Shown here: positions 51,012 to 60,105 of the stretch, one piece after another | Layout: every line of letters begins with the position of its first letter | Numbering within the stretch: position 1 is the stretch's first letter | Assembly (NCBI GenBank): GCA_965215475.1 | Contig: OZ244061.1 | Span: 3,112,307-3,176,306, forward strand | Length of the DNA stretch: 64,000 nt | Reading direction: 5' to 3' | Source: Rhodothermales bacterium | GTDB lineage: Bacteria > Bacteroidota > Rhodothermia > Rhodothermales > Bin80 | The notes under the pieces: model-generated | The model's input: only the letters and a program-made list of their open reading frames with translations | Told to the model about the DNA's origin: nothing | Databases searched by the model: none | Position numbers and translations under genes: made by a program

Positions 51012-52420
51012 TACTCATGCACAGATACAGATTCGTTTATTTAATCCTAATACTTGCGATTGTTATCTCACAACCTAGCAATGGGCAGTCAAATGATCGA
51101 CCTGTCGAAAGTTATGCTCAAGAGGTTGCCGTTCAATCTGTTTGGGAGAATGACTTTTATGGTCAAATAGCACCATTGGAATCTCAGGATTTTTATCTGC
51201 TTTGGGATGTGTCGATCCCTATGGGCGGGTATATCCACGAAAGTAATCGTAGCCTTTCCGTTGCACTTGCCAAGATACAGGAGTTGTTAAAAAATGGAAT
51301 TTTGAATTCTGACTATGGAAGAACAACTATTCAATGTATGGGAATCAAAGACACCATTGATCCTTTGGAGAAATGCGATGACAATCAACTTAGAGACAGG
51401 GATTTTTTTCTTGGATTAGATTCTGACGTTGGGCTGGGTATTGAGCTTATGATTGACAGTCTTAAGACCGGAAAAATGATGGGGGCAGTTCTCATCACTG
51501 ATTTGATGGCAACTACCGAATATGGCACTGGCGCAACAGCATTATTACCGTATTTTAATGACGAGGAGCTTATGGCATATTTTACAGATGGTAAAATATA
51601 CATGGGGATCTTGGGGATTGCTCCCGATTATTGGGGACTCAAAAAAGGACCTTGTGCGACAAAATCAGGGCCATTGGGATGTTGGTTCAATGAAGGACTC
51701 CAAGAGTGGGTACCTCTCAACCAAACGGTGAAGAGACCGATATATGTTCTCGTTATGGGGCGTCATTTGGAGGGAGAGGATAAACATTCTAATTCCGTGA
51801 ATACGATTATTGAGGAGATATACGAATCTTTGCGTGATTTGGGTTATGAAGTAAAATTGGAACGCGTGACGCAAGGGGCGTTAGGCCTTCAGACTCAATT
51901 AAAATGGCACAATCCTTCCACAGAAGGCAGAGGACGCCCACCCATCAATCTTGACTCAGACAATGGATTTTCTTGTAATAATAGAAATGTCCACACGTTA
52001 TCCAGCGAATTTGACGATCGTCAAATTCGTGTTGATGAGATAGATGATACGGGCATAATTAATGGTCTTGAAACATTTGACCAAGTACGAAAAGAGGATG
52101 AACATGGAATAAAATTGGATCTTAACTGCGAGAATGTATTGAATTTGATCCGAAAAGAGAGACGTTGTAGAGGAGATGAAGATCCTGATAGACCTTGCAA
52201 CTGCACGATTGACTCTGTATTTAAACCAGATCTGAGCAGGATCACTGCCAAAGTCAGCTATCAATCCGAGAATGGAATGGGTTGGGGCAAATGGTCATCT
52301 ATACAACATAGTGATAGTTTGACACTTTATTTAGCAGATTTTATTGATGGATTGCACCCTGACCATTATAACGCAATGATTTCCCCTGCTCCTCCTCTTG
52401 ATTGTAGCAAAGCGAGGTAA
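51008..52420 (+). CDS. secreted or periplasmic Cys-rich protein, possible degenerate vWA fold
   Basis: Signal peptide MHRYRFVYLILILAIVISQPSNGQS. FYLLWDVSIPMGG (DxSxP in place of the MIDAS DxSxS) and AVLITDLMAT (in place of the vvllTDG strand). Eight Cys in the mature part. Confidence 0.45.
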   Translation: MILMHRYRFVYLILILAIVISQPSNGQSNDRPVESYAQEVAVQSVWENDFYGQIAPLESQDFYLLWDVSIPMGGYIHESNRSLSVALAKIQELLKNGILNSDYGRTTIQCMGIKDTIDPLEKCDDNQLRDRDFFLGLDSDVGLGIELMIDSLKTGKMMGAVLITDLMATTEYGTGATALLPYFNDEELMAYFTDGKIYMGILGIAPDYWGLKKGPCATKSGPLGCWFNEGLQEWVPLNQTVKRPIYVLVMGRHLEGEDKHSNSVNTIIEEIYESLRDLGYEVKLERVTQGALGLQTQLKWHNPSTEGRGRPPINLDSDNGFSCNNRNVHTLSSEFDDRQIRVDEIDDTGIINGLETFDQVRKEDEHGIKLDLNCENVLNLIRKERRCRGDEDPDRPCNCTIDSVFKPDLSRITAKVSYQSENGMGWGKWSSIQHSDSLTLYLADFIDGLHPDHYNAMISPAPPLDCSKAR

Positions 52421-52438
52421 TGATTTTTTCGAAACCTC

Positions 52439-53962
52439 TTGCAAAACCCTCTTCATTATGTGTTACTTGTGTTATGTATTGCTGTCCTAGTCTTACTACT
52501 TCTTCGTTATATGTTACTTGTGTTATGTATTGCTGTCCTGGTCTTGGTAATCATATGTCAATATCTAAACTTTAATAAATCAAAAACATCTTTAACTGAT
52601 ATAGATGATTTATTAAAGAAGCTTTTAGAGCGCTCCGACTGGAAGGGGAATTGGGAAATACTAGATCGTCTCGTTGTCCCTCATTTAGATGATATTCAAA
52701 GATTCTCCAATGCCGCATTAGTTACTGGTATAGGTGGCACGATGGGGATATTCTTCCTTGAAGCCTTGTATTTAATACCCAGTGATGTATCCAATTTAGA
52801 CATTACCATCATTGTTCAAGGTGCAATCCCAGCTCTACTTTCTAGTTTGTGCGGAATATTTTTTCATCTCTTCATCCTATCAAAACATTTATCAGAGGCT
52901 CAAGAAAGCGTAACTGACGTGGAGATGAGATGGTTAGAGTCGGAAAATGTGCCATTGCGTGATGGACCAATCGTGAATGTTGACATCAGCGGTGCTGTTG
53001 AAAAAATTTTCCAAGAAATTTCAGCTACTCAGAAAGGTGTATCGGACTCTACGCAAGAAATTAGCAGGCTTCTACAAGAAAACAAAGAGATTTCTCTGAT
53101 TCAGCGATCCTCTGCCAAAGAGATAAAAGAAGGTGTTCAAATCTTTGCAGAACATCTTAAATCTCTCCCCGATGATCTTCGAAAATCACTAGATTTGACT
53201 GAGATTCAACGTTTATTAAAGGAGCAGCAATCAGATGTGCTTGCAATTTTATCTGATGTTAAAGGAGCGACTTCACAAATCGTTAATGCTCAGGATCAAT
53301 TCACAGATGTAGGGACTGAGTTACTGGAGTCGATTAAACAAAATTTGATAAACCATCAAACATCGACCCAGAAAATTTGTGACAATGTTCAAACGCTTAC
53401 CGAGACAATAGAAACTCTTCCCGGCGATATTCGAAGCTCACTGGAAATAAGTGAATTCTTTGATAAAGCTGCAAGAAGCCATCTTGACGAATTGTATAAG
53501 GCTTTTAAAGATCATCAATCTGAATTAAAAAGAGCAATTATTGATAATCAAGAGCAACAGAAACGATGGTTAGCTAATAACATTCACAAAGTTGTTGCAG
53601 ATGTTATTGATGATTTACAGAAACAAATTAATGAAACTATTAAAGATCCGCTTGACACGATGAGCAAAAAACTCAGTGCTGCTACGAAAGAAATGCCAGA
53701 TGCTGCAAATAAGTTCGGGACGGACCTCATTGAATCTGCGAATACACTCGCCACGATTCCAAAAGAACTTGAAAAGGTGTCAGAAGGTGTCAATGAAGTG
53801 GTTCGTGCAACTGCGGACGCTGCCTTGAAGCCTCTATCTGACGAAATGAAAGATTTTGTAGGCACTATTCAGGATACTCATCAGAGACTTGAAAAAACTA
53901 TTCATGGACTAGTACACCTGATTGAAAATCTGATTAGAGGAATGGAAATTAGAAGTAAATGA
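52439..53962 (+). CDS. MotA/ExbB/TolQ-like membrane protein with ~340-aa coiled-coil tail (ZorA-like architecture); start may be ATG 52511
   Basis: TM1, then ALVTGIGGTMGIFFLEAL (compare LGLLGTVxGI) and IIVQGAIPALLSSLCGIFFHLFIL. After that comes a long heptad-rich, Q/E/K/L-rich tail to the C-terminus. Confidence 0.55.
   Translation: MQNPLHYVLLVLCIAVLVLLLLRYMLLVLCIAVLVLVIICQYLNFNKSKTSLTDIDDLLKKLLERSDWKGNWEILDRLVVPHLDDIQRFSNAALVTGIGGTMGIFFLEALYLIPSDVSNLDITIIVQGAIPALLSSLCGIFFHLFILSKHLSEAQESVTDVEMRWLESENVPLRDGPIVNVDISGAVEKIFQEISATQKGVSDSTQEISRLLQENKEISLIQRSSAKEIKEGVQIFAEHLKSLPDDLRKSLDLTEIQRLLKEQQSDVLAILSDVKGATSQIVNAQDQFTDVGTELLESIKQNLINHQTSTQKICDNVQTLTETIETLPGDIRSSLEISEFFDKAARSHLDELYKAFKDHQSELKRAIIDNQEQQKRWLANNIHKVVADVIDDLQKQINETIKDPLDTMSKKLSAATKEMPDAANKFGTDLIESANTLATIPKELEKVSEGVNEVVRATADAALKPLSDEMKDFVGTIQDTHQRLEKTIHGLVHLIENLIRGMEIRSK
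52457..52546 (+). repeat. ~39-bp direct repeat at 51-bp offset (52457-52495 / 52508-52546, 2 mismatches) duplicating YV/MLLVLCIAVLVL
   Basis: Aligned by hand. Confidence 0.85.
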
Positions 53963-54729
53963 AAAGACGCTCTGAGACACAGGTTACCGTATGGCCTGCA
54001 ATTACGGATTTGATGATTGCGATTGTCGTCATTGCAGTTTTAGCGGGGATCATTGGATATAGTAAATATACTGAGATAAAATTAACGGCAGGTCCCTCTA
54101 AAATTCGTAATGATATACTGGAGGAGATTGACAGTTTACTGAAGAATTCGAATCTGAGCGTTGAAGTACTTAAAGATGAAAGCGTTTTACGTCTATCTGA
54201 CGGTATCGTTAACTTTGAACTCGGAGAAATTTCGCCCATTGAAGATCACAAGAAAAATGTGGCGATATTGGCTGAGGTGTTAGCTCAGGTGGTTCCGTGT
54301 TACATTTCATGCCCATCTCAAACGATCACACATGTGTCCACTGACAGCCATAGCAGAGATAAATCCTATTGTCAAACAATCTCCTGTAACGAAACCAGCA
54401 ACTCACAGTGGCTCATTGGGACAGTACTCATTGAAGGACATACGGACACTATCCGTGTAATAGAAGGGAGAAATCGATTCAAGGATAATCTTGAGTTATC
54501 CTCAATGCGGGCTGCCGAAGTCTATCGGATGATTACTGCTTGGGAACCCTCAATCGGAGAAATGAAGAATTCACAAGAGGTTCCTATCTTCAGTACAAGT
54601 GGTTATGGCTCGATGCGGCTTGCAGAACCAGATATGCCCTCCAGTGACCAGAATAGACGAATTGACTTACGATTTCTTTTTGAACGACGCCAAGAAAGAA
54701 ATCCAACAGAGGAATCAAGTTTGCCATGA
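53959..54729 (+). CDS. MotB/OmpA-like peptidoglycan-anchored stator subunit (ZorB-like)
   Basis: N-terminal TM with conserved Asp (VWPAITDLMIAIVVI, compare MotB YADFMTAMM). C-terminal OmpA_C blocks IEGHTDT..NLELSSMRAAEV..GYGS..NRRIDLRF. ATGA overlap with the upstream gene. Confidence 0.8.
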   Translation: MKRRSETQVTVWPAITDLMIAIVVIAVLAGIIGYSKYTEIKLTAGPSKIRNDILEEIDSLLKNSNLSVEVLKDESVLRLSDGIVNFELGEISPIEDHKKNVAILAEVLAQVVPCYISCPSQTITHVSTDSHSRDKSYCQTISCNETSNSQWLIGTVLIEGHTDTIRVIEGRNRFKDNLELSSMRAAEVYRMITAWEPSIGEMKNSQEVPIFSTSGYGSMRLAEPDMPSSDQNRRIDLRFLFERRQERNPTEESSLP

Positions 54730-55221
54730 GGGAAACAGTATCGGTGAATGGTGGATTGATAACCTATTGATGCCTTCAATTAGTGGCATGGTTAAACTAT
54801 TTGGGTCGTATTCTTGCTTATTCCGATGAACCAGGGCACCCATCCCAAACGAACTGGGACACTTCAATCAAAATACCCAAGGTGAAATAGGAAAGTTATT
54901 TTTGAATGTCTCCTAAGAAATGTCCATTTTTCATTCGTATACCTCTATCAAGACTCTTCACATCTACTCTTCAAAGAGTATTCGTTGATTTTAGACGTAT
55001 AAGATTGTCTCGGGAGATTAGGCGGAGAGCGAGTTTTTTCAGAGGCTTTAGAATTTCTTGCCTCTCGTTCGTTCGTGATAACATCGCCACGCAAGCAGTT
55101 CAACTTTGATGATATGAGCTTGCTGTTGTTGATCGCATCGGCGATTATTTTGGAGATCTCTTCTTAATCAAGTTCGCTTTGTGATCGTACAACCGCTGAG
55201 CAACTTGCCTCTCCTATCTCC

Positions 55222-55881
55222 GTGACCCGATTACTTTGTTTCTGTATTTTCCTTGCCATTCCATGCAAAGCACAGGACTATGCGTTCTCCATCGCACGTG
55301 TCAAATATGGAGGTGGGGGAGATTGGTACAGCGATGAGCAGTCATTGCCGGAACTTCTTTCCTATACCCGAGCGGAGACTCTCGTGAATGTTGCACCGAC
55401 ACCCGAGGTTGTAGAGCTCTCCAATACTCGCTTGTTTACCTTCCCCTACTTGTACCTGACAGGACATGGAAACGTCGTGTTCACACAGCGGGAGGCGATC
55501 CGATTGCGTCAATTCCTTGAACAGGGAGGTTTTCTCCATATTGATGACAACTACGGTTTGGACAAAGCCATTCGTCGTGAAATGAATAAAGTATTTCCCC
55601 AACAGGAATTTGTCGAACTCCCATTTGATCATCCAATCTATCATACGCACTACTCATTCCCAAATGGCCTCCCCAAAATCCATGAACACGATGGTAAACC
55701 ACCTCAGGGATTGGGACTGTTTGATAAGCATGGGCGCCTTTGTGTGTTCTATAGCTATGAGAGTGATCTTGGGGATGGCTGGGAACCTGAATCCGTTCAT
55801 GATCTTCCACCCGAAATACGTAAATCCGCCCTTCAAATGGGGACGAATATCTTAGTGCATGCCTTGATGGGCAGTAATTAA
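55222..55881 (+). CDS. DUF4159-domain protein
   Basis: ..RVKYGGGGDWY....FPYLYLTGHGNVVFTQREAIRLRQFLEQGGFLHIDDNYG.. matches the DUF4159 pattern. Confidence 0.65.
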   Translation: MTRLLCFCIFLAIPCKAQDYAFSIARVKYGGGGDWYSDEQSLPELLSYTRAETLVNVAPTPEVVELSNTRLFTFPYLYLTGHGNVVFTQREAIRLRQFLEQGGFLHIDDNYGLDKAIRREMNKVFPQQEFVELPFDHPIYHTHYSFPNGLPKIHEHDGKPPQGLGLFDKHGRLCVFYSYESDLGDGWEPESVHDLPPEIRKSALQMGTNILVHALMGSN

Positions 55882-55902
55882 CGAATCATTTCCATCTCTC
55901 AC

Positions 55903-56247
55903 ATGAGTCATCTTTCATCACAGGATCCGCAAATTTATGCTGCCATTGAGCGGGAAGTCCATCGGCAGAATTATGGGTTAGAGTTGATTGCTTCGGAAAA
56001 TTTTGTTTCCAGAAGTGTTATGCAGGCCCAAGGTTCTGTATTCACGAATAAATATGCCGAGGGACTACCCGGAAAACGCTACTATGCCGGATGTGAATTT
56101 ACCGATGTCGCAGAGGATTTAGCACGTACTCGCGCCAAAAAACTGTTTCAATGTGATTGGGTCAATGTGCAACCTCATTCTGGAGCTTCTGCCAATGCTG
56201 CCGTTTACCTTAGTTGTCTTAATCCGGGAGATACCTTCCTCGTATAG
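55903..56247 (+). pseudogene. glyA: serine hydroxymethyltransferase, N-terminal ~113-aa fragment only
   Basis: ..[59 protein letters not shown] then a stop. Full-length GlyA is about 415-420 aa. Confidence 0.85.
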
Positions 56248-56409
56248 ATACAAAAAATCATTTCTCGCAAAAATGGGCGAAGAGCCAATCAATCAATCCT
56301 ATATGTACAGATCGCATAATTTCAAATAGATGATTCGGGGGCAATTTGCGACATCAACGAAAAAAAAGTTATATTGTACTACTTTATCTGTTCATAAACC
56401 TGTCTATTC

Positions 56410-57813
56410 ATGCGTCGACTGATTTTGATCTTTCTTGTGATTAGCGGATGTAGTGTATCTCAGCAGGATCCGATAAATATACTGATCCTGTATACGGATG
56501 ATCAAAGATTTAATACCATCGGTGCTCTGGGGAATAATGAAGTCAGAACACCGAACATAGACACTCTGGTCAGGAGAGGGACAGCCTTCACCCATGCACA
56601 TACCATGGGTGGACTGCAAGCCGCACTCTGCGCACCCAGCCGAGCAATGCTTATGACCGGAAGACCTCTCTTCCTCTTAGACAGGATTGGCGACAATATT
56701 CCGGCGGAACATACCATGATGCCTGAAGCTGCAGCAAAGGCAGGGTATATTACCTTCGGTACCGGGAAATGGCATAATGATCGCGCGTCATTTTCTCGGG
56801 CATTTCAGAAAGCAGACCATATCTTCATCGGTGGAATGCATTTGCCTGAAGTTGGAGGACATGAAGCGCCAGAGTTGTATGAATTTGATCCTACAGGTAC
56901 CTACCCGAACCATGACCGGCGGCAAGTTCAAGGATATTCTAGTACTCTTTTCACGAATGCTGCCATTGATTTTTTGAATGAAGTCAGTACCGTAGATCAG
57001 CCATTTTTTGCGTATGTATCCTTTACCTCACCTCACGATCCGAGAACTCCTCCTGAACCCTATGCTGGTTGGTATCACCCAGATTCCGTTTCTCTGCCAC
57101 CTAATTTTTTGCCAACGCATCCATTTGACAATGGTCACCTTGATGTTCGGGATGAACTTCTTCGTGAGCTCCCTCGAACCGAAGCAATGATCCGGGAGGA
57201 ACTCGCCCTTTATTACGGAATGATCAGTGAGTTGGATGCTCAGGTTGGACGTATTATCTCTGCACTGGAGAAAAATGGACAATTGGACAATACGCTCGTT
57301 GTTTTAGCAGGAGATAATGGGCTAGCCGTTGGAAGCCATGGACTTCTGGGAAAGCAAAATTTGTATGAGCATAGTATGCGGGTGCCGCTCATCATGGCTG
57401 GCCCCGGGATCCCTGCGAATGAGCAGCGCAACCAACTGGTCTATATCTTTGACATTTTCCCGACCATCGCAGAGATTCTAAACCTCCCTTCCCCGGAAAC
57501 GATTGAGGGCCAAAGCCTGAATCCATTCATTGAGAATCCACAACTCCCAGGCCGTAACTCAGTATTTTATGCATACCGTGATTTACAGCGTGGAGTTCGG
57601 ACAGTCGACGGATGGAAACATATCCAGTACCTCGTAAACGGAGTACATACGGAACAACTCTTTGATCTGAACTCAGATCCGCACGAAACAAACGACTTGG
57701 CTTCGGATTCTTCGCATATCATGAAACTGGATGAAATGCGCGAATTGCTCGCACAGGAAAGCGTGTACTGGTCAGACCCACTGGATCTATCTGCCTCGGA
57801 CTGGGGACGTTAA
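56410..57813 (+). CDS. sulfatase (formylglycine-dependent) lipoprotein
   Basis: Lipobox LVISGCS, LYTDDQR and the CAPSRAMLMTGR (CxPxR) motif. Confidence 0.85.
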   Translation: MRRLILIFLVISGCSVSQQDPINILILYTDDQRFNTIGALGNNEVRTPNIDTLVRRGTAFTHAHTMGGLQAALCAPSRAMLMTGRPLFLLDRIGDNIPAEHTMMPEAAAKAGYITFGTGKWHNDRASFSRAFQKADHIFIGGMHLPEVGGHEAPELYEFDPTGTYPNHDRRQVQGYSSTLFTNAAIDFLNEVSTVDQPFFAYVSFTSPHDPRTPPEPYAGWYHPDSVSLPPNFLPTHPFDNGHLDVRDELLRELPRTEAMIREELALYYGMISELDAQVGRIISALEKNGQLDNTLVVLAGDNGLAVGSHGLLGKQNLYEHSMRVPLIMAGPGIPANEQRNQLVYIFDIFPTIAEILNLPSPETIEGQSLNPFIENPQLPGRNSVFYAYRDLQRGVRTVDGWKHIQYLVNGVHTEQLFDLNSDPHETNDLASDSSHIMKLDEMRELLAQESVYWSDPLDLSASDWGR

Positions 57814-57943
57814 GGTCAAATAGGGGGTTCAGAAATCTTGCAAATTCAGTGATATTCACCTGTCCAGCCCTGAAAACCGTGCCATTCAACCGGGTAAGTT
57901 GCGTTTTTTCAACACTCCTTGTCCAGCTCAATCGAGCATTGCC

Positions 57944-59110
57944 CTAACCAAATAATATCCCGAAATGGCACATTGGCTCTATCCCGATTTGTGTGGATAC
58001 AGGCTTAATCCTCCACAGAAGAAAAGAATAGCAACCCTGAAATTTCCAAATCTTCGATACCCTCTTCCAATCGTTTTGATTTCTTTGAATTTTTCCATTC
58101 ATGCGCTCCGCCAGCATTGGATTGGATGACAAAGTGCGTTACAAATGCCTTCAATTTGAACATCGTGGCAACCTTGATGACTTCCTTCCTGCCTGTTTTC
58201 TTTACACGGTCAATCCAAAGGTCTATATTCTTTTCGGCTTCCGCATCCGATCTACAATGAAAGAGGGCCTTGAACTCTTCACGTAGCCGCCACGCAACCC
58301 TGATTTCCAGATTGGCTTCTTGCATGGCCTTGAAGATCTCTTCTTGGGATTCGGTGCGATGTTCCTTGTTCTTCAACCGTGCATAGCGACTGCCTTTCCA
58401 TTCGTCAGGGTGCAGGTTCACTTCGCGCCGACGAACCTTGTTCAAAGCTTTACTGAGGTAAATGAAACCTGTCGTGAATCAAAGCGGCTTTGGGGAAGAC
58501 CGTTTCCACCGCCTCGATGAAGGCCAGGCCTTCCACAAAACCCGTCTCTACTTTATCCTTGATCTCTTCAAAACCATCTCGAACCGCTCTATGGTGCCTT
58601 TTTGGATACGCCCTTGCCCAACATCAAGGACAGTGGAATCACAGATCACCGTTGCATTGACATGCCCCCGCTTCCATGCCTTTTCATCCCATGCAGGACA
58701 TCGTTCAAGGTTCATTCCTCATGTAACCCTACGATGCATGATCCGATGTAATTAATGAAAATCACACTTGACCAACTTCGTCGTTTTCGTCTGGTTCTTG
58801 GTCCGCTTTAATAACTCCATTGCGATGCACTCAAAGATATAGGTGACCGGACTCAATGGACTCGCCCACGGAACCGCGATCGTTTTGGTCTCCGATGAGG
58901 TTGCAACCCATGGCAATGAACCAAACACCCGCATCCTGCAAGATTCCGATGACGCCATGTGCGCACTTCGCGAGGATCATACAGCGTTCCTGACTCTCCC
59001 GTCTCTGGACAGATCTCAAATTCCTCCCAGAAGGAACAAGGTAAAGGTTAATACGAAGAAGATTCTCGTTGACCGTGTTCAACCGTCTATTCAGGTCCAA
59101 GTCCCAGAAA
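57944..59110 (-). mobile_element. second decayed ISL3-family transposase remnant (multiple frameshifts and stops)
   Basis: Fragments include ..KTIAVPWASPLSPVTYIFECIAMELL.., ..WDEKAWKRGH.., ..VRRREVNLHPDEWKGSRYARLKN..EANLEIRVAWRLREEF.. and ..AERMNGKIQ... They are about 50-60% identical at the aa level to the remnant at 43080-44160. Confidence 0.7.
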
Positions 59111-59482
59111 TTGACCTACAACGGGGCTTATATCTATCGGTGCATTTGCCATGAAAATGAGAATGGTTGATTTAACTGAATTTAATCATTTCACAGAAAA
59201 CGCAGTAGATCAACTTAATTCATCCTCCCAGAAATGGTCCGCATGGGAGTTTCTGAGAATGGAGAAATTCTTTTTTACGACACATTGCTGTTGGATAGAA
59301 TTCTAAAAACAACGAGGGGATACAACCTTTTCATAAGAGATTGAATCAAGAACGGTTACACAACAATAACCATCTTTCGCGGATTTCTATTCCATCTACG
59401 GTATGGCATCTAAGCATATGAAAGTGCTATCTAATGGAGGGTGCATCAAGCGATTCCTGCATGTAATTCAGCCACTGGATTA

Positions 59483-60105
59483 CTACTGTGGAGGCTGAAA
59501 TGCATCCTGATCAAGTAAGAGTTCTGCAATTAAAGCTTCTAATCTTGAAAGGCCCTGGCCTGCATCAGCCGTTTTGAGAGCCTCGTAATATTCTGGATGT
59601 CCTTTTAAGCGTTCTGGAAAAATTGGTATCCCATCCATCCAATATCCGGCATGGGCACATATCACAAAGTAAGATGCTGCCCTAGCTGTCCTGCCATTTC
59701 CATTTATAAATGGATGGATCCAGTTGATCCTCCAAAGAACATAAGCGGCCAATGAGACCGGAGTAAACTCTGTCCACCAGCGATTGACTCGATTAACCAT
59801 ATCATCCATGAGCGAGGGAATCCTGAAATGCATTGGTGGCTCATAATCCCCTACGGTCACGTCACAGGGTCTGTATTGTCCTGCATATGCGTGTAAACAG
59901 CTAATTGCATGAAAGTTGAGGGCTTTGATGACGGTTGCGACAAAAAAGGGGTTCCCGATTGAATTGCCGCCTCCACCAAGTCCTCAAGAAAATCAAGCTG
60001 CCGTTGTCGGTTCCCCCCATCCAATCCCTGATAAACTGGATCGGCTTCAGATCCACCCACTAACTCATGAATGATCATGGAGTAACACCATAACGTTGAT
60101 CCCAC
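59483..60105 (-). pseudogene. Fic-domain protein, frameshifted copy
   Basis: HPFINGNGRTARAA motif. TT at 59935-59936 corresponds to TTT in the intact copy (61144-61146). This 1-nt difference shifts the frame after ..PFLSQ. Confidence 0.75.

Noticed and set aside
54730-55221. ORF 54906-55109 (+), and a start-less 62-codon open frame on the - strand (..EEISKIIADAINNSKLISSKLNCLRGDVITNEREA..)
   Set aside because: Neither has a credible start or a motif. They are possibly debris at the island boundary, so no gene is called.
43080-59110. Interpreting the two ISL3 remnants as a recent composite transposon carrying the candidate system
   Set aside because: The two transposases share only roughly half their residues and are both heavily decayed. 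Apparent core genes (DUF4159, the glyA fragment) lie between them. The bracketing may be coincidental, so it is reported only as context.
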